Assembly: GCA_942492935.1 (NCBI GenBank)
Contig: OW818654.1
Coordinates: 1,515,219 to 1,579,218, forward strand
From: an uncultured bacterium
GTDB lineage: Bacteria; Bacteroidota; Ignavibacteria; Kapaibacteriales; UBA2268
Reading direction: 5' to 3'
Length of the DNA: 64,000 nucleotides
Shown here: in pieces, positions 18,671 to 27,741 of the stretch
Position numbering within the stretch: position 1 is the first letter of the stretch
Layout of the letters: every line of letters starts with the position of its first letter
Program-made: the position numbers and the translations under genes
Notes under the pieces: generated by a model
The model's database searches: none
Told to the model about the DNA's origin: nothing
Seen by the model: only the letters and a program-made list of their open reading frames with translations

Positions 18671-20791
18671 ATGAAAGATATAGATAAAATATTGAATAAT
18701 GTAAAATCATCAAGCATTCCCGAATTTCCATTTTCTGATTCGCAAGTCCGGACTGTGATTGAAAATGTGGATTCTAAAAATAATTTTCAAATAATTAAAA
18801 AAGGAGCAATAATTATGACTTTTCTTATTTCACTTGTAGCATTTATGCTGTATTTGGGAGTCGATTCAGCGTCTGATTTAATAAACAATAAACAGTCGAA
18901 TTTTTTAGATTCACAAACAAAAATCATAACACAATTAGAATCTACTGCAAACATTGATAATGAACAGCAAAAGGAAGAATCTACTTTTAACCAAAATAAT
19001 CAGCAAACTTCGGACATTAAAAAACAATCCAAAATCTATGATATTGCAATGAATGAAGTTCAAGCAGATGCAAAGAATGTTTTTACTATTTTCATTCCAG
19101 ATAAAAGTGAAATGGACAAATTGTTTATTAGAAAAACAAATTGTGGATATGTAATAATGACTGAAGAAAACTATCCAATTAACCAATTTAAAGTGCAAAT
19201 GGAACAAATCTACAAAAATAATTACCCCAAAAAAGGTTACAAAAGAGCAATTCAAGTTTTAAATTTTGATGATATTCAGGAAATTGGAATTGCTAATTAT
19301 ACTGGCTGGGAAATGGATAATTCTGCAGGAATTTTTCCAATTATGGCAAAACTTATCAACATTGATAAAAAATTCAAAAACACCAGAAGGTTTCTTAGCA
19401 AAGCATCCCCCGGTCCAATTGATATTTCAGAACTAAGTGATATTGTCAATAGCAAGTTTTTGAGATTTATTCATAATACACTTGAAAAGTTGGATGATAA
19501 AAATGCTGGAAATGAGTTAAAAATTACTTACAATAAAGATGAAAATGAGTATTTATCGCAGGTAAGTATTGTTCTTTTGGATTTGGATAATGATTCTACA
19601 AGTTCATTTTGGCTGTTGGTTTATCCAAATACGAGAAATTTTGTTAAACTTCTTCCAAATAGATTTAATAAAGAATCAGATTTTGATTTATTTTCAGATT
19701 TTGGAATGGACTATAATGAAAGTGAAATAAATAGTGAAATTAACTTAGCTATTAATAATTTAGATGTAGAATGCAAAAACAAAATAAATGAAATTAAACA
19801 AAATGCACCAAAAACAGTTTCAAAAATTAGTGGTATTGAAAAAATAATATTGACAAATGAAGAAGCAAAACAAATTGGTATTAATATTGAAAAAAGTATA
19901 ATTTCATTCGAAGCAGAAGAATATTCTGATTTGTCAGTTTTACCTGATAAAATTCAAACATATATACAAACTGAGTTTAATTATAATACAACGGGTTTTG
20001 CCCTTCTTAAGGAAAGAATTGAATTTGATATGAATAATACTAACAATATGATAAAACCTGTTGTACAAAAATATTCAGGTTGGGAACATAATTTATGGTC
20101 TAACATTTCTCCGGCTTGCATTACAGTAAATAGAACTCTACAAATCGGCAACATTGTATCGTTAAGCCAAATCTTTCAATCTCCGCATTTAGTTAGAGAT
20201 TCAGCATACTATTATTTAAATAGTGATGATATTATTGTTAGAGATTCATTAGGGAAATACAAAGCAAAGATTCCAAATTTAATTCCTGTCAATTTTAAAG
20301 AAATTTCTTATAATAATAATGGAGATTCAATAGTAAATAACATTGATATCTGGTATGTTATTACAAGAGAATTTGCAAATAGATTACCTAATAGATACAA
20401 ATTACCTTTAATCAAGGAACTCGATTTGCTAAGCAATATTGAAAATGGTTCTACCACTATTGATGATGCTTGTGAGGTATTGAAAGGTGAGAAATCTTAT
20501 TTAGGAATTTGCGAAATTCAAGGTGAATTATCAATTCTAAATATTTTTCCAAATCCAATTACAGAAAGTACAGCCACAATTAAATTTATTCTTAAAAGTG
20601 ATAAAAAATTAAAAATTGAACTTTTCAATTCAAATGGAGAATTATTAGAAACAGTAAAGGACTATTCAGAATACAATACAGGTATCAATAGTGTGAATCT
20701 TGAATTTTTTGATTTATCAAAAGGAGTAGTTTTAATTTCATTGACAGATGAAAGCAATCAAAGAGCAATAATCAAAGCTATTAAAAATTGA
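18671..20791 (+). CDS. Membrane-anchored anti-sigma-factor-like protein with a large extracytoplasmic domain and a T9SS C-terminal sorting domain
   Basis: Its start lies 10 nt after the sigma-factor stop. A ~45-aa N-terminal cytoplasmic segment precedes a single TM helix (AIIMTFLISLVAFMLYLGV). The C-terminus …LSILNIFPNPITESTATIKFILKSDKKLKIELFNSNGELLETV… is a canonical Por_Secre_tail. Confidence 0.55.
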   Translation: MKDIDKILNNVKSSSIPEFPFSDSQVRTVIENVDSKNNFQIIKKGAIIMTFLISLVAFMLYLGVDSASDLINNKQSNFLDSQTKIITQLESTANIDNEQQKEESTFNQNNQQTSDIKKQSKIYDIAMNEVQADAKNVFTIFIPDKSEMDKLFIRKTNCGYVIMTEENYPINQFKVQMEQIYKNNYPKKGYKRAIQVLNFDDIQEIGIANYTGWEMDNSAGIFPIMAKLINIDKKFKNTRRFLSKASPGPIDISELSDIVNSKFLRFIHNTLEKLDDKNAGNELKITYNKDENEYLSQVSIVLLDLDNDSTSSFWLLVYPNTRNFVKLLPNRFNKESDFDLFSDFGMDYNESEINSEINLAINNLDVECKNKINEIKQNAPKTVSKISGIEKIILTNEEAKQIGINIEKSIISFEAEEYSDLSVLPDKIQTYIQTEFNYNTTGFALLKERIEFDMNNTNNMIKPVVQKYSGWEHNLWSNISPACITVNRTLQIGNIVSLSQIFQSPHLVRDSAYYYLNSDDIIVRDSLGKYKAKIPNLIPVNFKEISYNNNGDSIVNNIDIWYVITREFANRLPNRYKLPLIKELDLLSNIENGSTTIDDACEVLKGEKSYLGICEIQGELSILNIFPNPITESTATIKFILKSDKKLKIELFNSNGELLETVKDYSEYNTGINSVNLEFFDLSKGVVLISLTDESNQRAIIKAIKN

Positions 20792-20821
20792 CGAAATGAA
20801 AAGTGGGAAAATTAATATTAC

Positions 20822-20853
20822 AAACTTGGCAAGTCATCATGACTTGCCAAGTT
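20822..20853. terminator. Bidirectional hairpin terminator between convergent genes
   Basis: AAACTTGGCAAGTCAtcaTGACTTGCCAAGTTT has a ~14-bp stem with A/T-rich flanks on both sides. Confidence 0.7.
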
Positions 20854-20938
20854 TATGTAAATATTTTTTGTGATTCTTCAGTAGCTATTATTTATTTTAA
20901 ATTTGCTAATTCAATGAGTGCTATTCACAAAATTTCTT

Positions 20939-21196
20939 TTATTTGAAGAGTTTATTATATTCTTCATGAGTACCTATCCAGAACCATATAATTACATCTA
21001 CGTCTATTGTACCAACTGCTCTATAATGTTCTCCTATTCTTACCGACCTTAGATTATTTCCAACATCTTTATATCGTATTGATGGGTGCAGGTGATTGGT
21101 TTTCCAGAGCAAATAATTTTTATTTGCAAGTCTTTGAATGTTTGATGGCAGTTTGGAAAACAATTTATTAAAATTAGGACTTCTGAAAGATTTCAT
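20939..21196 (-). CDS. Type II toxin of the HigB/RelE superfamily (resembles E. coli HigB/YgjN)
   Basis: …GEHYRAVGTIDVDVIIWFWIGTHEEYNKLFK resembles the …NELRVVAMVFFESQKCYIREVMTHKEYD… C-terminus of HigB-family toxins. The start is taken at MKSF so that TGATG overlaps the stop of the upstream small gene. Confidence 0.6.
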   Translation of the reverse strand: MKSFRSPNFNKLFSKLPSNIQRLANKNYLLWKTNHLHPSIRYKDVGNNLRSVRIGEHYRAVGTIDVDVIIWFWIGTHEEYNKLFK

Positions 21197-21456
21197 CAAA
21201 AACCAAACCCTCCTGGCTCGCATTTTCCTTCTCTAAATTCTTTTTTTGCTTCTTCTGCCATTTGCAATAATAATTTTTTAGATTCAGGACTTGCTAATAA
21301 TTCATCCCAAATTTCATCCCCGCTTTTTTGTCTTTTTGCATGACCGTTTGTGTGAATTTTATTTGATTTTGTTTCTTCTTTTGCTAACACAGTTACACCT
21401 TTAAAAATCAACTTAAATAAAAAATTATTGAATGATGAACAAGAAAAATATTGCAA
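21196..21456 (-). CDS. Putative cognate antitoxin (small acidic protein; the true start is probably internal)
   Basis: Translationally coupled to the toxin with a 1-nt stop/start overlap. The C-terminal …SGDEIWDELLASPESKKLLLQMAEEAKKEFREGK is helical and acidic. No homology is established. Confidence 0.4.
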   Translation of the reverse strand: MQYFSCSSFNNFLFKLIFKGVTVLAKEETKSNKIHTNGHAKRQKSGDEIWDELLASPESKKLLLQMAEEAKKEFREGKCEPGGFGF

Positions 21457-21473
21457 TATATAATAAAAACAGG

Positions 21474-21557
21474 TTTAATAGTCTGTTGATAAAATAAAAA
21501 TTTAATCTTCTATCAAGTGGTTAAAGCACCTGAAAGATGATTAAATTTATACTTTAT
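21474..21557. other. Candidate attL of the integrated element (imperfect copy of the 62159-62254 sequence; 21-bp identical core at 21537-21557)
   Basis: tttaaTagtctgttg … gtggTtaaagcac … ATGATTAAATTTATACTTTAT is matched in the same order at 62159-62254. Confidence 0.55.
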
Positions 21558-21881
21558 CAACAATTATTTAATTTATTAATGATATAAGAATCATTTTGAA
21601 TTTAATTATTAGAAAAGTAATAAACAATTTTAATTTTCATAACATCTTTGGGATATGTAGGATTAATAGGAATAGTATTTCGATAATCTATATAAATATA
21701 ATCATCATCATTTGAATACCAAATTTCATCAGTATATAGGGTGCCATCATCAAAGCAAAATTTTTTGTGGGGGGGGGTGGCTTCCCTATGTTTTTTTTTA
21801 TAAAAAAAAAAAATAATAAAATAATAATATTATAAAAAAAAAGTTATAAAAAAAAAAAAATATTTTTTTTTATATAATATA

Positions 21882-22037
21882 TGTTGTGTTGTTTTAATGG
21901 TTTTTTGGATAAAGTGTTACATATTCGACCCTAATATCTTCATTATCATCAATATAAGTTGGATTTTCAATTGTACATGAATTGATTATTATTGAAACAA
22001 AAATTATGAATCCTAACAAATATAAATTCTTTTTCAT
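21882..22037 (-). CDS. Small lipoprotein (51 aa), possibly the N-terminal part of a gene disrupted by the homopolymer tract at 21760-21900
   Basis: MKKNLYLLGFIIFVSIIINSCT… is a lipobox-like signal. A coding-looking fragment (…FCFDDGTLYTDEIWYSNDDDYIYIDYRNTIPINPTYPKDVMKIKIVYYFSNN*) continues downstream at 21602-21770 after the G9/T11/A13 tracts. Confidence 0.35.
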
Positions 22038-22234
22038 TTTTCATTCTCCAAATTAATAAACAAACATACTTACGTTACAAACAGTAATTATATTGTGTTA
22101 TAATTTTTTGTGTGGCTTGTATGTCTGCAATATCCGCATCTATTCTATGTTTTGTATTTTTTTTGTTCTGTTATTATACGTTGTTATTCGTTACTCTGTG
22201 TTTTGGTCGTTGCAATTACGTTGCAATTATTTTT

Positions 22235-23344
22235 TCAATTTACATATTTCCCGAGTTCATCACTATCTGTATAAGCATAATATTTCATTACTGTATCTAA
22301 ACTATCTCTTGATAATTTGCTAACTATTTGAGGAGTTAATTTTTCTGTATATAACCATTCTGATATTCTTGTTTTTCGCAAAGTATGAATACAACGACCA
22401 TAGACTGCTTTTCGTTTTCTTTCTATGCCTGATATATTCATTTGTTTTGTGTTCCCATCTCCTACGGTATATTTTGGAATATTTAATGCTTCCAATCCCT
22501 TATTAAACCTATAGTCAATCGTTCTTGAATAATCTGATATGTTGAATATTTTACCTTTGCTTTCTTTCCTACTTTCTACTTGGTCAAATATATTTTTCAA
22601 TTTATCTGTCAATGGAAATTTGTCGGGCTTGTTACCAAATTTTGATTTTTCAAACATTATACTTTGTCTGTAATCACCATCTGTATTTAAGACTTGGTCC
22701 CATTCCATATTAACCGCTTCATTTTTACGCAATGCACAAATATAGATAGTTTGTATTAATAGATAAAATTGATAATTCTTTTCTTGCCAATAATCAAATA
22801 TTTTTTTTATTTCCTCTGGAGTATATATTTCAATTATTTTTTCTGTTTTTTTAGGTTTTAATGTTTTAATAATTGGATTTTTCCGCATCCATTCTCTTTC
22901 GATACAGTAATTGAAAAAACTTGATAACCTAATTAAATTAACCGTTGCCGTTTTTGAAGCGTGATTTCGTTTCAATAAATTATTTTCTATATGCAGAGTA
23001 ATTTTATTATCGTCATTCAAAATTAAATCTTCTGTAATATATGATTTGAATGAATAAATGTATTGCTGAAGTGTGTTTTTATGCTTAGTATTTTTCGATT
23101 GCTCAATGAAGATTTTGAACGCTTGAATGATTGTTACAGGATGATTTTCATTTCTGAAATGTTCTGGGCTTTCACTTTCTGCAATTATATCACCTGCGAT
23201 TTTACGATTTTTACGATTATAAATCAAACCGCAGGATTTCATTCTATTGCCTACTTTGTACCATATAATGCTCTTTTTACCACGAACAAAAAACCGTCCT
23301 TTACAGCCGGGCATTGAGTACGGTTTTTCTGGTGCTTTTTCCAT
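22235..23344 (-). CDS. int: Tyrosine site-specific recombinase (phage integrase family)
   Basis: The C-terminal catalytic region contains …GRCIHTLRKTRISEW (the H-x-x-R box) and …LDTVMKYYAYTDSDE, which carries the catalytic Tyr. An N-terminal SAM-like domain is present. 369 aa. Confidence 0.85.
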   Translation of the reverse strand: MEKAPEKPYSMPGCKGRFFVRGKKSIIWYKVGNRMKSCGLIYNRKNRKIAGDIIAESESPEHFRNENHPVTIIQAFKIFIEQSKNTKHKNTLQQYIYSFKSYITEDLILNDDNKITLHIENNLLKRNHASKTATVNLIRLSSFFNYCIEREWMRKNPIIKTLKPKKTEKIIEIYTPEEIKKIFDYWQEKNYQFYLLIQTIYICALRKNEAVNMEWDQVLNTDGDYRQSIMFEKSKFGNKPDKFPLTDKLKNIFDQVESRKESKGKIFNISDYSRTIDYRFNKGLEALNIPKYTVGDGNTKQMNISGIERKRKAVYGRCIHTLRKTRISEWLYTEKLTPQIVSKLSRDSLDTVMKYYAYTDSDELGKYVN

Positions 23345-23802
23345 TATATGTAATATACTTTAACAGTTATATCATACCATATATTATTCTTTTTAAATAT
23401 ATAAAATATATGATAATTAGAAGAATATTTATCATACAGTTTATAATTTACACGAGCAATATATTTGATATCTTCATATATTAACTTCCCCTCCGAATAT
23501 TTCAATTCAGAGAATCTAACATCAACACCACAATATTGATTTCCTACAAAAGAATATATTTTTTTTGCAACTTCCTGCGTTAATTCATCGCCAATTAAAT
23601 TGGATGTATCTATCAGTGAATTTAGATATTTACTTAGTGATATATCCCAATAACCAGAATAACCTGTCGCAATTAATTCTTTTTTTTGTATTTCATATTC
23701 CTTAGCATCCAAGTCCATTTGTGATACATTTGGACCCGTTGCCTCTTCCGAGCAACTAATAAACATTACTGCTATTGCAATAATTAGTAACAACTTTTTC
23801 AT
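23344..23802 (-). CDS. Prophage-encoded lipoprotein (moron; possible superinfection-exclusion candidate)
   Basis: MKKLLLIIAIAVMFISCSEE is a lipoprotein signal with a Cys lipobox. It lies between the integrase and the repressor-like genes. Confidence 0.5.
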   Translation of the reverse strand: MKKLLLIIAIAVMFISCSEEATGPNVSQMDLDAKEYEIQKKELIATGYSGYWDISLSKYLNSLIDTSNLIGDELTQEVAKKIYSFVGNQYCGVDVRFSELKYSEGKLIYEDIKYIARVNYKLYDKYSSNYHIFYIFKKNNIWYDITVKVYYI

Positions 23803-24188
23803 TGTTTTAAATTCCTATATGTTTTTAAAAACTCTAATAATTGACGAATTTCATTTTGATACATTTTTATTTTTTCTTCTACTTTTTTCTCAATTTCATC
23901 ATCGTAATAATCACCTTCACGCATCATTAAATTACTATCTGGAATAGTTTGCTCTTCATAATTTGCAACTGCACTATTAAATCTTTGTTCTGTCTGATAA
24001 CGATTTAATAACCAATTCATATCCAATTTTGGTGCTATTTCTGCTATTCTCACTAAATCAATATTATTTTTTTTAATCCAAGAATATAGAGTGCTGTTAG
24101 ATATATTCATCATCTCTGCTAATTGAGCTGGATTATCACAATCATAATATTTATATAATTTATTCACTATGGAAATTGTTTTTATCAT
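23799..24188 (-). CDS. HTH DNA-binding regulator, repressor-like; paralog of the next gene
   Basis: …NPAQLAEMMNISNSTLYSWIKKNNIDLVRIAEIAPKLDMNWLL is a helix-turn-helix with the same layout as 24185-24586. It is transcribed away from the Xis-like gene. Confidence 0.55.
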   Translation of the reverse strand: MIKTISIVNKLYKYYDCDNPAQLAEMMNISNSTLYSWIKKNNIDLVRIAEIAPKLDMNWLLNRYQTEQRFNSAVANYEEQTIPDSNLMMREGDYYDDEIEKKVEEKIKMYQNEIRQLLEFLKTYRNLKQ

Positions 24189-24586
24189 TTCATTTCGCTA
24201 TATGTTTTTAAAAAATCTTTTAAGGTTTTTATTTTCGCTTCTAAAATTAAAATTTCATTTTGAATAGATTTTTCAACACTATTTTCTGAATTTTTTAATT
24301 GCTGTAAATTCTCTTCCATATTATCTATTTCACGTTTGTAATACTGTTGAGTAGGATTTGTCGATACATAAACATCATTCTTCACTGGTTCTATTCCCAT
24401 TAACCAATTTAAATCAATCTTATTATTAATCTGCATTATTCGCATTAAATCAATATCCCTTTTTTTTGTCCAAGTATAAATTGTACTGACAGGAATATTC
24501 ATTTTACGTGATAAATCTGTTGGATTATCGACTTCATAAAGCGTAAATAACCGTTCTAATACCTTTTTAAATTGTTCCTCGTTCAT
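24185..24586 (-). CDS. HTH DNA-binding regulator, repressor-like; paralog of the previous gene
   Basis: …NPTDLSRKMNIPVSTIYTWTKKRDIDLMRIMQINNKIDLNWLMG. It is the first gene of the leftward operon at the divergent switch. Confidence 0.55.
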   Translation of the reverse strand: MNEEQFKKVLERLFTLYEVDNPTDLSRKMNIPVSTIYTWTKKRDIDLMRIMQINNKIDLNWLMGIEPVKNDVYVSTNPTQQYYKREIDNMEENLQQLKNSENSVEKSIQNEILILEAKIKTLKDFLKTYSEMK

Positions 24587-24812
24587 TTTATACCTCGTAA
24601 ATAAAAAAAATTTTCTTTTTTTTAAAATATTTTTACGATTTTGTTTGGAAAACTCGTAAAAACGTTTTAATTTTAAATGTTGTTAGTTTTCAATTCTTAA
24701 AATTCTTTTTTGTTCTTTAACAACTTTTGTTTTCACGAAAATATACGATAATTATTTTTAGATTTTTCATAATTATAATTTATTTTTTCAAAACTATTTT
24801 AGGAGTTCACAA
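24587..24812. promoter_or_regulatory. Divergent promoter/operator region of the lysogeny switch
   Basis: 226-bp ORF-free AT-rich spacer between oppositely oriented regulator genes. It contains reiterated TTTACGA/ TCGTAAA-containing motifs (cctcgtaaat, ttttacgatttt, actcgtaaaaacg, cacgaaaatatacgataa). Confidence 0.5.
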
Positions 24813-25100
24813 ATGAGTGAAATTATTAGATGGTACAGCATACCAGAAGCAAGCAAAATGACAGGTCTTGATGATGAATTTATTCGTCAAGCAATTGCTC
24901 AAAAGCTACTTATAACCGCTAAGACAGGGCGTCTCGGTAGTAAGGAAATTATTTCTAATGTTGAATTGAATCGTTTTTCGATGCAACTTCAATATGGTAA
25001 AAAATTCAAAAATGCAAAATTACAGGCAAGGGAAAACACGAATATTCAAAACGAAAATGCGTTTCATAAGCAACTCGATGATTTATTAGCAACAGTATAG
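24813..25100 (+). CDS. Excisionase/MerR-type HTH protein (Xis-like)
   Basis: …WYSIPEASKMTGLDDEFIRQAIAQKLLITAK… is an excisionase-family HTH pattern. It is the first gene of the rightward early operon and is preceded by the SD-like sequence TAGGAG. Confidence 0.5.
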   Translation: MSEIIRWYSIPEASKMTGLDDEFIRQAIAQKLLITAKTGRLGSKEIISNVELNRFSMQLQYGKKFKNAKLQARENTNIQNENAFHKQLDDLLATV

Positions 25101-25459
25101 GTGATGATATGAATGAGAAAATTTTAGCAACAATATTACTTTTCAGTTTTTTTTTAATAATTGTATTTGCTTATTGTTTTTCGATGTATTTGGAATATTT
25201 GGAATATAAAGAATTAAATAATTTTAAAAAAGAATATTATATTAAATTTATTAAAGAGAAAATAAAAGATGATACAAAATAATCAAAAACCTGTGTTAGA
25301 CTTCCCGAAAATGAAAGAACTGAAGCAAGAGCATTTTGATTGGCAAACTATTAATTTTTTTCATAATATGTCAATCTGTGCTATTAGTGAAACACACAAG
25401 AAAATTTATGCTCAAGTTTATAAATTACTCAATCCAGTAAAAAATTTATAGGTGAGAAA

Positions 25460-25747
25460 ATGAAAATTAAATTTGAAATAAAGAAAGAAATTGAAGTTGA
25501 TTTCTATGGGCAACATTGCAATTCTCAAAGTGGATTTTGTCAGTATTTGTTCGTATCACATATAACTACGCAAGCTCAATGTTTGTTGTTTACTAATACT
25601 TTGCATTACGAACCTGCAAATTACATTAAACGATGTGAAAAATGTATCAGATATTTTGATACTGAATTAATGACAATTAACATAGAAAAAGAAAAAGATG
25701 TGTTATTTACTGAAATGAGTAAAATAGAAATTAAAAAATCAACATAG
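25460..25747 (+). CDS. Hypothetical early protein, Cys-rich
   Basis: ORF in the compact co-directional early operon. An SD-like sequence is upstream. Confidence 0.4.
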   Translation: MKIKFEIKKEIEVDFYGQHCNSQSGFCQYLFVSHITTQAQCLLFTNTLHYEPANYIKRCEKCIRYFDTELMTINIEKEKDVLFTEMSKIEIKKST

Positions 25748-25926
25748 CCGAAGGAGTGAGAAAATGAATGACAAAATTGAATCTGAAATGAAGAAAAATA
25801 AAGAGACAATAATACGTATCGGAAAAAATTTGAAAGATTTAGGAGTGATTAAAATGCAAATCAAAGGAATCAAAAAAAACACAATTGTAAAAAAAATTAT
25901 CAAATAAAGAGCCGAAGGAATAAATT

Positions 25927-26115
25927 GTGAAACTCACTTGTGAAACTTGCAATAAGCAATATGAATTTGAAGATGATATGGATAAATTTCCATTAGAAAT
26001 GAAATGCAATTGGTGTCCAGTTTGTGAAGATACTGCTACAGATGTTTATTTTGAGTGGTATGTAGATATTAACAAGCAAATTACAGATGATCCAAATCAA
26101 ATAGGTTTGTTTTGA
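25927..26115 (+). CDS. Small zinc-ribbon protein
   Basis: CETC…CNWCPVC is a pair of CxxC motifs. Confidence 0.45.
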   Translation: MKLTCETCNKQYEFEDDMDKFPLEMKCNWCPVCEDTATDVYFEWYVDINKQITDDPNQIGLF

Positions 26116-26153
26116 TTATGAATTATTGATTATTAATTATTTCGGAGTTAGAA

Positions 26154-26546
26154 ATGTTTGAAATAAAATCTTATGAAGAGATGGAAAGACTTCCTCTCTC
26201 AAAAAAATATGAATATGCTGCATATTGGCAGGCAAAGTTAGAAGATGGAAATAAATTAATTACAAGAGATTTTAATAAAATTGATTGGTATGATGTTCTT
26301 TATTATGTTGAGACAGGTGCTATCTATGATTTAAAACTTACACAAAATTTAATTCCACTTGATGACAGCGACCAGTTGATTGGTGAAATTATTGTTGATC
26401 CACGTTCTAATGAACGGTTTATGATTATAGAACAAGATAAACTATTTGTACACGTAAAAAATTATATAATATCGTATCGTTATCTTCAAGAATATTACAC
26501 CCGCCTTGATGGTTCACGTTTTGAAAAATTAGCAGTGGAAGAATAA
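26154..26546 (+). CDS. Hypothetical early protein
   Basis: ORF preceded by an SD-like sequence, in the operon. Confidence 0.4.
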   Translation: MFEIKSYEEMERLPLSKKYEYAAYWQAKLEDGNKLITRDFNKIDWYDVLYYVETGAIYDLKLTQNLIPLDDSDQLIGEIIVDPRSNERFMIIEQDKLFVHVKNYIISYRYLQEYYTRLDGSRFEKLAVEE

Positions 26547-26759
26547 CCTATGGAAAAATATATAATTACAGAAGGGCAATTATCAATGTTAAGAAGTAGA
26601 TATTTAATACTTGCAGAACAATTAGAAAATGCAATTAACAGTGATAAAAGTGGTTTAGCATTAGGTTTTGAACTTGGTAGGATACACAGAAACATTTTTT
26701 TATATTGTTCGGAAATTCTTGATATTCAATTTGAAAATATTTTTACAGAGGAATAATCT

Positions 26760-27104
26760 ATGCAAAAACTAAAAATATATATTTCCGGCAAAATGAATGG
26801 TCTTAATAAAGAGCAATATTTTATGCTGTTTTTTGATAAGTATAATGAATTAAGAAAAAAATATCCTGATGCAATTATTATCAATCCTGTTTTTGTGGGC
26901 TACGAACTTGAATTAATTATTGAATTGAAATATGGTCGCAAGCCCACATACAGCGAATATTTGATGTATGATTTATATTATTTGTCAATGTGTAATGCTA
27001 TTTATATGCTATCTAATTGGCATAATTCAAATGGTGCTAAGACAGAGCTTGCTTATGCTCAAGCGTGTAATTTCCAAATTTACTATCAAGACTTGGAGGA
27101 GTGA
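26760..27104 (+). CDS. DUF4406-family protein (nucleoside 2-deoxyribosyltransferase-like fold)
   Basis: IYISGKMNG near the N-terminus and …NWHNSNGAKTELAYAQACNFQIYY at the C-terminus match the DUF4406 pattern common in phages. Confidence 0.55.
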   Translation: MQKLKIYISGKMNGLNKEQYFMLFFDKYNELRKKYPDAIIINPVFVGYELELIIELKYGRKPTYSEYLMYDLYYLSMCNAIYMLSNWHNSNGAKTELAYAQACNFQIYYQDLEE

Positions 27105-27289
27105 TGTACTTATCATTCAAAGACAAAGAACGCAGGGACAACCAAAATAGAATTAACCAAACTGTTACAAAATTAGTTACTGTTAAATCTAAATGTTGCA
27201 ATGCCAAAATTATTTATTACGATAAACAAAATTTCGCATATACACAAGATAGAATTTGTTCAAAATGCAAGGAGATTGTTTCTATATGA
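27101..27289 (+). CDS. Small zinc-finger protein
   Basis: CCNAK…CSKC. ATGA-type overlaps occur at both ends. Confidence 0.4.
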   Translation: MMYLSFKDKERRDNQNRINQTVTKLVTVKSKCCNAKIIYYDKQNFAYTQDRICSKCKEIVSI

Positions 27290-27741
27290 GAAAGACTGAA
27301 TATCACGATTCGCACTTGCAAGCATTTGAAAATGTAGTAAATTATGTTTGCAAAAATTTAAAGTTAGACAGACAGAAATTATTTTCTAAAGGTCGTTATC
27401 GTTACAGTACTTTTGGTAGATATTTCATAGCTTATTTGTTGAATAAAAAAGAAAAATTAGATGTATCATTAATTGCAGATATGATGAATACGGATAGAAC
27501 AAATATTTACGATTTTGTTTTATCGGCAGAATATAATTGTAAGCAAATTGAAAAATATAAAAAATTAATTAATGATTATATTCCAATTATGCCAATTAAT
27601 GTGTATTGCACAGTATTTCTAACAAATGATAGATTGTTTATTCAGAAAAAAGTGTGTACAGATGATGTAATATTGAGACATACAATTGAAAAGATTGAGG
27701 AGCAGGTTGATATTTATAATTTAATACAGAGTGCAAAATGA
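27286..27741 (+). CDS. Hypothetical early protein (possible DnaA-C-terminal-like HTH)
   Basis: Start chosen at the ATGA overlap with the upstream gene. …RYSTFGRYFIAYLLNKKEKLDVSLIADMMNTDRTNIYDFV is HTH-like. The similarity is weak. Confidence 0.35.
   Translation: MRKTEYHDSHLQAFENVVNYVCKNLKLDRQKLFSKGRYRYSTFGRYFIAYLLNKKEKLDVSLIADMMNTDRTNIYDFVLSAEYNCKQIEKYKKLINDYIPIMPINVYCTVFLTNDRLFIQKKVCTDDVILRHTIEKIEEQVDIYNLIQSAK

Noticed and set aside
22093-22323. Two Cys/Phe-rich ORFs between the lipoprotein ORF and the integrase
   Set aside because: They lie in an AT-rich low-complexity frame overlapping the integrase 3' end and are probably non-coding.
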